This document shows, one piece after another, positions 1 through 10,289 of a DNA stretch of 64,000 nt. The DNA lies in assembly GCA_965644295.1 (NCBI GenBank), contig CBFFRP010000433.1, positions 62,001 through 126,000 of the forward strand. The letters are read 5' to 3'. Numbering within the stretch: position 1 is the first letter of the stretch; the number at the start of each line of letters is the position of its first letter. Made by a program: the position numbers and the translations under genes. The notes beneath the pieces were generated by a model that saw only the letters and a program-made list of their open reading frames with translations, searched no databases and was not told where the DNA came from. This stretch comes from Paraphysomonas bandaiensis (taxonomy: Eukaryota > Protista > Chrysophyceae).

Positions 1-31
1 CAGACTCCCTACAAGGACGGACAGAGGATAC

Positions 32-2560
32 ATGTCCCCATATGAGTATGTCACGGGTCAGCCACCCAGTTTGAAATATTTTAGAGTATGGGGGTGCAAA
101 ACTTATATATTGACACCTAAGGCGGACAGGCGAAAGGACTGGGACGATAAATCAAAGATTGGATACCTAGTGGGATATTCGGAAGATAAAGTTGGATACC
201 AGGTGTATCTCCCAGCAACCGATAAGGTAATTACGTGTGTACACATACTCACAGATGAGAGTATACCTTCCCGCACCGAAGAATATTACGCAGAAATCGA
301 CGCTCTTCGAGTACGAACAGCACCTAGACCAAAGACGGTGAATGATTATCAGCATCTCGTGAAGACTTTTCACATAGACGATGAAGACGGGCTGTTGTAC
401 AAGACCACCAGAGTGGTAGAAAGAAAGGGTGTCATTGTTGGTTATCGGTCACTTGTAACTGCGGGGAGAACCCACATTGAGCAGAAGGTACCCATACATA
501 TAGAAGATGTTCAGGTAATGACAAGGAATACGCCTGGATACACGGGATATACGGGAACGAGGGACGCTTCTAGTACCACTGATGGACGGAGTACGTCCAC
601 TATCCCAGCACCTGAGAGCCATCAGGAGCAGCTAGTTAACCATGGTATTATTCAGGGAGCACCTGATGAAGATATGACTCAAGGAGTACTTGATGCAGAT
701 GCAGCTCAGGGAGAACCTGATCGAGCAGTAAAACAGGGAGTACCTGAATATACTGATACTATAAATTCTAACAGTACTAATACCCTACAGAGAGTATCTA
801 AAAGGGATGCAGAGAAACGTAAGCGTTTACGGAGGAGGCTAGCTAATGCTTCAGTGTTAGGAGAAATTAACATGATAGAGGTAATGGATGCCGATGTAAA
901 TGTCATGGATTCAGAGGAGAGTACTGAGAATAAACACGTCCATGAACCGAACAGTTTTCTAGAGGCGGAGAGGTCCCCTCAAGCGGAAGAATGGAGAACA
1001 GCCAGACGAATAGAGAAGAAAGCTCTTTTACGAAGAGGCGTTTTGAAGATAGTACGTCGACCATCTGGGGTCAAATTAATCAGATGTAAGTATGTTCACA
1101 AACTCAAGCGTGACATACTAGGCAACATACAGAAGTATAAAGCTCGACTAGTCGCACTAGGAAATCTTCAGGAGAAAACTGAGGAGGAGCCATCTACATT
1201 TGCACCGGTTGTCAAAGGGATAACTATCAGGCTCGTGATTGCAATTGCTTTTATGTTCCATATGCATGTACACCAGCTTGATGTCAGTTCTGCATTTTGT
1301 TATGCAAATTTAGATGAAGATGTCTACATGTACCCACCTCCAGATGAGGAGCTCAGCAATGGATGGTGTTTTAAACTCATCAAAGCACTATATGGTTTAC
1401 GAGCCTCACCGCGTCAGTGGAATCGCCACATCGATAAATTCATAAAGTCAATGCAGTTTAGATCATGCGTGTTAGATACCTGCTTATATTATCGTTGGCA
1501 CCAAGGCAAACTTACGTTATTACTCCTGTATGTAGATGACATCATAATCGCATCTGTGGATTTTGAATTCCTTGTTTTTGTCAAGAACAAGTTCTGCCAA
1601 ACGTTTGAAATGAGGGACATGGGAGAGTGCCAAAGTTTCCTAAATATTCGAATCACGAGAGGCGAAGACTGGTTCAAACTAGATCAATCACAGTATGCGG
1701 AGAAAGTGATTCAGAAATTCAACCATGTCATGGGAAACAGTAGAAAGAATAAGGAAGCTCCGTTGCCATCAAATGCACAAGAACTACTAGCTGCAGAACG
1801 GGAACTTACATCAGAACAGGAGGACTGGGTCTCAAAATTTCCGTATCGTAGTATTATTGGAGCAATCCTGTATCTCGCACTCCACACAAGACCAGATCTC
1901 GCCTATGCAATCGGATTACTATCGAGATACAGCAGTAATCCTACATACGCATCGTGTCGTTTAGCTATTCATTTATTGAAATATTTGAGAGGCACCACCA
2001 GCAAAGGAATCAAATTCAGTGGGAGTAAGTTTGATTTACATGTATTTAGTGATGCGGACTGGGCAGGTGATATACTAACGAGACGTTCAACTACCGGTTA
2101 TATTGTATTCTTATGTGCTGGAGCAATCGCATGGCAGTCCAAACTGCAGACTACAGTTGCAACTTCCAGTATGGAGTCCGAGTATATGGCTGAATATGCG
2201 GCCATGCAAGAACTGGTGTGGCTACGGGGGGTGTTACGAGAGCTAGGACTCGCATTGACGAAGCCAACCCCATTCTTCATGGACAGCAAGAGTGCAAAAG
2301 ATCTGTCAGAAAATCCAGTCTATCACAAAAGATCAAAACATATTCAGATAAAGTACCACTGGGTTCGGGAACACGTAAATGGAAGGTTTCCTACAGCCAG
2401 ATTGATTCATGTATCGACTAAGGATATGGCGGCCGACATATTTACAAAAGCGTTATCTACAAAGCTCTTTAAACTCCATGAAGAAACTATCACAGGGGAA
2501 AAGAGGAGCATTTCAAATGAAGTTGAGAAGAATCAGAAGAAGCGGTTCAAGAAAGGTTAA
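32..2560 (+). mobile_element. Ty1/copia LTR retrotransposon pol, 3' part (integrase C-terminus, reverse transcriptase, RNase H); continues off the left edge of the window
   Basis: Uninterrupted ORF with copia motifs: SPYE..G..P...F+VWGCK (end of integrase), GYLVGYS (SH3-like/GKGY), KYKARLVALG, TFAPVVK, HQLDVSSAF, LIKALYGLRASPRQW, LLYVDDII (RT active site), FSDADWAGD..RRSTTGY, SSMESEY, HKRSKHI, ADIFTKAL (RNase H). Domain order IN-RT-RH is diagnostic of copia. Confidence 0.97.
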
Positions 2561-2726
2561 GGGTGTGTTTTTAGTGGGTAAGAATCCCACATAACTGTGT
2601 TACAGCGAAGTGTGATGTTCACAGTATCTTTATGAAGATTTTCACATCCGTTTTATCCTAAGATGACTAGATGATATATATAGCTGCAGTATAATGACGA
2701 TTACTCGTTTCTACATTGAGGAGGAG

Positions 2727-3010
2727 TGTTGGAATACGTATGGTTCTCTAAGATAGTACTGTAGAATACGTTAAATACAATGTGAAAAACAGTAATACGT
2801 AGTCAATAGTCAAAAGGTGCTATATAGCTATAACTGTGAAACTGAAGTATTATATCATGACGATTCAAGATACGGAAGTTGAGCAGTGGTTAACATGAAC
2901 GAAATAATTTATCATGTTGTTGACATGTGTTACATGACAACACACACAATTGTGTATACAATCATAATAAAGTAATCTATCTAGTTTGACTAACTTAAAC
3001 TTCTCTTACA
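2727..3010 (+). repeat. 3' LTR of the copia element (right boundary approximate)
   Basis: Polypurine tract GAGGAGGAG (2718-2726) is immediately followed by TGTTGG at 2727. Candidate ...TTACA end at 3010; TATA-like TATATA near 2821; AATAAA near 2965. The 5' LTR lies outside the window, so the end cannot be confirmed. Confidence 0.7.
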
Positions 3011-3052
3011 ACGATCTTAATCATCTGAAAATGGTCTTTAGTCAATATAAAC

Positions 3053-3235
3053 GTCTTTTTATTTAGCAATAGGCGTTAGAAACCTGTACCAATATAGTGG
3101 TTAGTTGAATGCTAGTCATGCTAGTTAGACCTCTACCCATAACTAATCCGTACAAATTCCATTATCCTACTATTTAACGCTACAGAAGCTGCTTGTGCGT
3201 CGCCGCAAGCACCAAGGTGCAACCACTTCCGTTCT
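3053..3235 (-). mobile_element. Diverged copy of the non-LTR retrotransposon 3' UTR
   Basis: Aligns by eye to 44098-44279; 3186-3235 is identical to 44230-44279, and the left half is more diverged. No clear TSD. Confidence 0.9.
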
Positions 3236-3505
3236 AAAATACGATATACCATTGTAAGTAGTATGTTCTAGAAGTCAATGTACGAGTGTTTTTTGCGAAA
3301 ATAAATTATAACAACGGAGAGTTTGCAATTCTTCCAATGTATTTCTGGTTGATTGTTGATGTATGGACGTGCAGCGTGCAGCAAGTTTTAAAATATTTTT
3401 GCTCGACGAGGAAGAAGACTTCAAGAAGATAATGGCAGTGAGAGTCTAGTTCAGAATGACAGTAGCAGGCAATGGAAGCGAGCACGTCTTAATCAGCAAA
3501 CTCGT

Positions 3506-3655
3506 TGGCGCAACATGAAGCACTTGCATGCCACAACCAATAGGGTTGAAAGGTTGTTCAGTAGAGCTAAGATTGTTATGACTGCTATGCACAAGATTAT
3601 TACTTATGTTTTTACGCATGAACCGTCGCCTCTGGAATGAAGTGACAGTTGAGGT
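3506..3655 (+). pseudogene. hAT-like transposase C-terminal (dimerization-region) relic
   Basis: Translates as WRNMKHLHATTNRVERLFSRAKIVMT, then after a frameshift LLMFLRMNRRLWNEVTVE. Homologous to the relics at 14629-14830 and 38870-38980. Confidence 0.75.
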
Positions 3656-3837
3656 AGATATATTGGCCGCTAATGTAGTTTAGTACTAAATAATTGCAAA
3701 ATTAAAATAATTGCATCATATAGACTTGTAAAATTAATTTAGATATCATTACATCAATAATTGAACTTTGTATAGATAACACTAAACCATTATATATTGC
3801 TTCATGTAATGCGTATAATAACACAAAAATACTCACT

Positions 3838-6670
3838 CTAGCTTACATCCTTAATTCTCTTTTTCGACGCGCTTGTCGGCATGTTTCTCTCCACCATACT
3901 GCGTATAGCAGCGGGTGACAACCCAAGGGTAGATGGGGATCGACTAGGAGATATTGCACGTGATTGAGGACTAGATATCGGGGTTTGTGCAGAAGAAACA
4001 ATAGGGGAATTTTCCCGATCAGGAGAATGAGGGGATACTAATCCTGTTGTTTCCCTTTCATCAGAAGGGTGGACATCATTTCGATGTTGCTCCTCCTGAC
4101 GGAAGCTTTCACTGATGCTGGTGTCTGCTGGTGTCCTATTATCGGGCCTACTTCCAGTTGTCGTAGAAATAACTCGTACATCTTCCTGTCCTCTAAGTGA
4201 GGCCTGATTTTGGTCATAAACTTCTGCTGTCTCACTCCCATAATCATCCTCAGAGTAATCTTCATCATTGTCATCTTCATCATCTTGATCTCTCAAGCTC
4301 TCTAGCATCTCTCGGAGCTCTTCCAACTCTCTCCTCTGACTCAATAGGGCTTCCAGTCTTTCCTGAAGTTCCTCACATTCTCTTTTGGCCGCCTGGAGCT
4401 CTGCAAAACATGATGCATACTTCTCTTCAGCTTCCCTGCCTCGTCGTTGCAACTCTACTACCTCTGTCTCCCTCTCTGAAAGGCGGTCCAATAAATATCG
4501 GCGGGGCTGGTCAACAAGTGAGAGAGATCGCTCTGAGGCTTGTAGCTTCTCCTCTAAGTTAGCTCGTTCTTTGTCTAGTTCCTCGACTTTCACCTCTAAT
4601 TCTGCAATACGCGCCTCTTGCGCAGTAGCACGAGCAGCATTGCGCTCGGAGACATCAAGCAGATTTCGAAGACGACGAGGGTCTGAGGCTAGTACAGAAA
4701 CTGCTAGTTTAGGCCGATTACCATTGGTATCGTTTTCTTCACCAGTTATTCTATCACTCTCGCGACCTCTGACGTTATCACTTGATCCCTCCTCGGCTAA
4801 GAGAAGTTCATAGGCTCGTATGGTCTCATGAGCACGAGCAAGACTCTCCCGTAACATTACTTCCTTACTGTCAGCCTCAGCTTCCATGCGTAGAAGTGCT
4901 GACCTGTGAACGGATACTTCTTCTTTGAGAACGTCTAACTCCAGCTGGGTGGCTCTCAGTTGGCTTACTCGCTCTTCATAAGTAGCCCCCAGAGAAGTCG
5001 CCTCGAAACATTTCATTTTCAGCTCGGCTCGAAGGGAGGAGATTTCTGTGTCCTTGGATACACATGTCGAACTGAGCTCTCGTGAGAGTGTGTTAACCTC
5101 TTCCTCCTTCTCATTAATTCTCCGTCGCAAAGTTTCACACTCTTTCTCTAAACTTGTACGCACCTCTCTGAGGACTCTATTCTCCCTTTCTGCTATTTCA
5201 CGTGAAGATTCCTTCAGAGAAGCCATCTCTCGTTCATAGTCATCTCTGAGTCGCTTAACTTCACGCTCCATCCGATCATCAAATGCACTACGAGTACTCT
5301 GTTGAACTGCTACAAGTTGGTCGGTAAGTTCCGAAACCTTGGTATCTAAAGATTGTATTTTCTCCCGTTGGGCATCCACTACTCTAGCCTGCTCGTTGGC
5401 TTTGGTTACACTTTCTCCCAGCTCCTTCTGGAGGAATGCTTTGTCTAAAGACAACATTTCCTTGGCCCTGTTGCAATCTGAATAGAGATCTTTCAGTCGG
5501 CTTTCAGATGCAGAAAGCGACTGTAACACAGTACTTTGCTCCTCCAGAGTGCGTCGAAGAGTGTCCGCCTAGATTAATCAGTATTACTTCCAGAACTTAA
5601 AAATTAATAATACGCCACTACAAACTACGGAAATAGTAACAGCCAATGACCCTACCTCTTTGCGCAGTTCCTGTGCTTCTTTTTCTGCCCTCAAACATCT
5701 GTCCGCAGCATCCTCACACTCTCGCCGGCGTTGAGTTTCCTCTTCCAGCCTATTCGCTAGACGCCCAGCCCGCTCTTCGGCCGCCATCAAGTCCAGTCGA
5801 GAGGATTCTGCCGAAGTGGATGCCTGCTTACGGGCACGAGCAAGGCCCTCTTGTAGAGATTGTACAGTCGTACTGCTTACTTCTAAAGCCACCTGCGTCT
5901 CATCTAAGTCCCTCCGACATACGATCAATTCTTTTCGAAGTGGCATATATATCCGAGCAGCACTGCACACAGATAAAAACGTAAATACTTGTACAAATCC
6001 ATTAAATAGACGCAGACCTAAGAGATGCCACTTCCTTAACAGTCATTTCATCCCGTCGCATCTGACACAGTTTGCTGTATAGACCATCCCCGATGTCCTG
6101 AAATCTTGTCGGTTATATTAGTTTGCATACAACTTATTATTTACTCACCAGGTCCTCGACATCATCCTTAACACTAGAAAGAGCCTCTTTTAGACGAGTA
6201 ATCTCAAGGCGCAATTCTGTGGTTTCCTCTTTGGCAGTTCTGAGTTCTTCTCCAAGCACTTTCAATGCAGAGTGTCCCCGATTAGTAGAAACTTTTTCTG
6301 ATGTACTCAGTCTATCCAATACTTGTCGTTCCTGCTCTCCATTAGCATGAGCAATAAGAGATATTAATTTTCTAGCAGATGGACTATCTCCAATACTTGG
6401 TAGATTAATATCAGCAAGAAGATCATCATCATAGTTCATATCACCCATATATGAATCTGGAAATGATAATGAAGGAGTCCATGAAGATGAATCAGATATT
6501 ATAGACTTTAATGATGTTGATATGAATCCATCATCATAACATCTACTGTCATTATCTGAATTAGAGAAATCTAATGAATCTGAATGAGCTTTATAACTCT
6601 CAATATCAATCGAGTCTTCTAATGGATTGTTTGATGATTGTTCATGAGTATTTTCTTTTCTTTCATCCAT
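3838..6670 (-). CDS. PIBF1: PIBF1/CEP90-like centriolar coiled-coil protein (multi-exon; 3' end uncertain)
   Basis: Long coiled coil with PIBF1-like segments EMLSLDKAFL, SREIAERENRVLREVR, ELKMKCFE and DQPRRYLLDRLSERE. ORFs 6137-6670, 5584-5970 and 3838-5529 are separated by GT-AG introns (donor GTGAGT at 6148). A GTAAGC donor near 3846 could extend the gene. Confidence 0.7.
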
Positions 6671-7209
6671 ATTGAATTAATTAAATATACATGAGATGAA
6701 TGAGATGAGAGTGTGAGATACTGAATCTATAGATGGTAGTTTAAAGGAGTGGGTTCATATAGATGTGTATGTATGTGTATGTATGTGTATATCACAACAT
6801 GATTTTGAATTTTGGTTTTAGCAGTCCCACCTACAGCAGTGTACATACATACAATACAACATACGTACTGCTGTACATACCCTGTACATTGTACATACAC
6901 AGCAGCACACATGCACAGTACACATATACAGTACATATACTGCTGTATGTCTATGGAAATAGACATCTAGATATTGTATTACAGAAATCCGAAATTTTAA
7001 TACTACTAATCTACAGTTTTTTACTCAGTGGGAACTGAAAATATAGGATTTTTGTTCGATTCCATATGAAAATCGTGTAAATTACAATACATACATGTAT
7101 ACAGCAATTTATACCGTTACATGACTCTGGTAGTACAGAGTGGCAAACAACACTGCAGACACATGATTAACACATCTCTCCTTATATCCTCACACTGTGA
7201 TTATATTAA

Positions 7210-8046
7210 ATGGAAAATTTTACACCTCCTTCTTCAAAAGGACCAAGGACGCGTGTGTGTTATGTGTGTGGAAGGTCATATGGTGTAAATAGTTTTGAAA
7301 TTCACTTAAAACAATGCAAGGAATTATGGTTGGCAAGGGAAGCACAAAAACCTTTAAAAGAGCGAAAACCATTACCAAATGATCCATTTGCTTCAAGTGA
7401 CCCTTTACCCACCTCTAATTCATCGTCTCAAAATAGTACACGTCCTCTAGCCTCCACTGGAGGAGGCAAAATACCTTCACAAGCGGAGCTGGATGCTATG
7501 AATGCTGCAGCGACTGCGGCGTACAATACGGAAGCGCTCGATACCTGTGCATTTTGCGGCAGATCATTCTTACCAGAAAAATTGAAAATTCATAACAAAT
7601 CATGCACTGCCGAGAAGCCTGCTCGTCGAGTGGATGAAAAGGTGAAAAGGGGGACCGAGACTCCGAAAGTATCTGCTGTTGATGATGGCCCGAGTGCCTC
7701 CCCAATTCGCCCCAGTCGTCCGAAAACCTCAGGTAGTGGCATTCATCGTCCCAGCCGCGGTTCTGAGGAGCGAAATGGTCCAGTGATTGAGGAGATTGTT
7801 GACGGGGGTCGTAATACTCCTCCCCGCACACTGGCAGGACCCTTTGGTGGATCTTCTGGGAGAGAGATACGGCAACAATCTGCCGGGATAAGACAGGCCA
7901 CATCTGGGACTACAGATTCCCAAAAACTGGAAGCCTTGCTTGCTAAAGTGGATGAGATGGAACGCACTAGTATTTTTCTTTCACAAAGTATATCCGAGGT
8001 GAAGGCGGCCATCGTGGAGCTGCAGCACAACTCCTCGAGCAGATGA
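7210..8046 (+). CDS. C2HC zinc-finger protein (ZNF474/ZC2HC1-like, two fingers)
   Basis: CYVCGRSYGVNSFEIHLKQC and CAFCGRSFLPEKLKIHNKSC both match C-x2-C-x11-H-x3-C; single exon; C-terminal coiled coil. Confidence 0.88.
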   Translation: MENFTPPSSKGPRTRVCYVCGRSYGVNSFEIHLKQCKELWLAREAQKPLKERKPLPNDPFASSDPLPTSNSSSQNSTRPLASTGGGKIPSQAELDAMNAAATAAYNTEALDTCAFCGRSFLPEKLKIHNKSCTAEKPARRVDEKVKRGTETPKVSAVDDGPSASPIRPSRPKTSGSGIHRPSRGSEERNGPVIEEIVDGGRNTPPRTLAGPFGGSSGREIRQQSAGIRQATSGTTDSQKLEALLAKVDEMERTSIFLSQSISEVKAAIVELQHNSSSR

Positions 8047-8700
8047 TTTACTTGTATTAGAAACATAGTGATATGGATTGTACCTAAATAGAAAGCAGTG
8101 TACTGTGCTAGTGATTGGTACTTAAGTGATATATTTATGACCATAGGTATGAGGAAGATACACATCATATAGTAGAGCTAGTGTAGAATACTAGCTAGCC
8201 ATCTCGTGCAATAGAACTATCGTCATTCATATTTATAGTTAATATACTAAAGCAATTATGCTTTCGGTAGCGATATATTATATAGAGAATATGCTTGATG
8301 TTCCTACGTAGAAATCGAGGAGGATACATATCAGAAACTATTTTAACTAATATATGAAATATGGATGGTGTATATTAAATATTAAACAACTGAACTGTAA
8401 ACTTACTTAATAATCATCAATTGTGACCAACATCATTTATCATTCACTACTTACTATCTATGGGCTCAAAATTCATAATTTTCTTACTACTTACTGCATG
8501 GATCAATGAAGTAGCCACAGTACCCTGAAAAGTATGAACTAGAAATACGTAGTTTTGTGTGTTAGCAGAAACTCGTTTTAGTTATTATTTTTATGAAGTG
8601 ACCATCGTAGAAAATATATGACACACAGTATACATACATTGAAGAATTGCTTACACGCCACGAAATTACGTCTAGAATACACAGAGAGCACTCATTTTCA

Positions 8701-9384
8701 TCAGTATACCATTAATGCAAGGGGGTGAGTGACCTGTGGGGCGGGCTTCCTCTTATCATCACTTGAATTATGGGAATACGGTTTCGGATGAACATCCATA
8801 AAGTTAATTCCAGAGTCCACTGAATCAACTGACACTTGACTGTCTGTACTATCTCTGGATGATTGCCTCACATATTCCCGATTATGTGGTTGCTTGTGAA
8901 TAGGTTGTTGTGAGCTGGTACAACACTGCACAGGTTGATAAAGTGCATGAATAGCAGACTTTACTCCGTAATCAGAGAATTCAGACTGCTTCAGCAACTG
9001 CTGTACCTCTTCTTTGGCTGAAGACTTAAACTGTGTGTAGTCGCCAGAGCTCCACCAAAGGTCTTTGTCTAGTCCTCGCGAATAGTAGTCTTTACGTGAG
9101 GGTACTAGCACAACGCGAGAGACTTCACTGAAATGAACATGCGGCTTGCCATTATCTTCTTGGATACTGGCATTGGACAGATCACCTGTCGTACGACGTC
9201 TGGGGCAGCAATTCGGTATCTTTTTACTGCCAATACTTGGTGCTGAGGATCTCCGCAAGAACTTATCGTAGCTCGTAAGTGGATCATTGCGAGACAAGCT
9301 TTCGTGGTATCGTATTTGTGAACATTTCGCTCGTAATGATGTTTTATCACTCGCTCTCCTCCATCGCTGCTTATTAGTGAGCAT
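8701..9384 (-). CDS. Hypothetical protein with V-x-F (RVxF-like) motif followed by the LWWS..DY..FK block
   Basis: ATG-to-stop ORF of 227 aa containing KPHVHFSEVSRVVLVPSRKDY...LWWSSGDYTQFKSSAKEEV. Confidence 0.7.
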   Translation of the reverse strand: MLTNKQRWRRASDKTSLRAKCSQIRYHESLSRNDPLTSYDKFLRRSSAPSIGSKKIPNCCPRRRTTGDLSNASIQEDNGKPHVHFSEVSRVVLVPSRKDYYSRGLDKDLWWSSGDYTQFKSSAKEEVQQLLKQSEFSDYGVKSAIHALYQPVQCCTSSQQPIHKQPHNREYVRQSSRDSTDSQVSVDSVDSGINFMDVHPKPYSHNSSDDKRKPAPQVTHPLALMVY

Positions 9385-9972
9385 ACTGTAGTAAATAATG
9401 ATACAAATATATTATCTTTTGGATTAATTGCTGAATAATTCAGAGTTTTTTTTTCTTTGAATAGAATCCTTTAAATAACTTCTATACAATGAGATGATAT
9501 GATATGATGTATAGTGTATAACTATAGCAGACTGTGTATAATAAACTCAAGACTCAAGATATATTACAGTGCAAGATATATTATTCTCATTCCAATATCA
9601 ATGAAAGAAATCATTCCATCCCCTTGGACATAAGATTTCACAAGAATATAATAATAGTTGATATATTATGAAACAAGTGACAGAGCTCTTGACACCATCG
9701 TATGTATGGATGTATGTATATCATCAGAGCCTATGAGAGAGAGCGTATGATGAGAATGTATGTTCAATTCAACGTTACAGTTGGAGTGCTTCTTATTCCC
9801 TGCACACTGCAACCTTTCACCTATGAACATGTGTTTAGACGGGGTGAAATTTTTGATGGAGTAGCCGTAAACGGATGTTTGACTGGGTAAAGATCTGTAT
9901 CTATACTGTATATCAGGAATACTGGCAGTATACCATGCATCCTATATGTACTGCAGGAGGATATGGGTATGA

Positions 9973-10086
9973 TACGAGTACACTGTAGCAGTACGTCGCG
10001 ATATGGATATGATACTATACGAGTACACTGTAGCAGTACGTCGCGATATGGATATGATAATGTACGAGTACACTGTAGCAGTACGT
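9973..10086. repeat. 45-bp minisatellite, about 2.5 copies
   Basis: TACGAGTACACTGTAGCAGTACGT recurs at 9973, 10018 and 10063. Confidence 0.95.
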
Positions 10087-10289
10087 AGTCCACGTAATAA
10101 GTGTACTGGTCTACCATCGTATATGATAGCTGTGATAGAGGACAAAGTAACAACTGAGAAATATCTGGGAATATGCTCCTATTGATCCAATCCATCTATG
10201 AATATATCCTCCAATCTTATCATAACCATACTACTCCACATCCATTACATCATCCCTCATATCCACATATATCCTCATATATAATCTAA

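Noticed and set aside
4197-5239. Plus-strand ORFs overlapping the PIBF1-like gene, and similar antisense ORFs within the SPAG1-like gene and the LINE
   Set aside because: Antisense shadows of well-supported CDSs with no recognisable motifs.
9973-10086. CRISPR-like appearance of the 24-nt repeated core
   Set aside because: The intervening sequences are nearly identical, so it is a tandem repeat. The context is eukaryotic and no cas genes are present.
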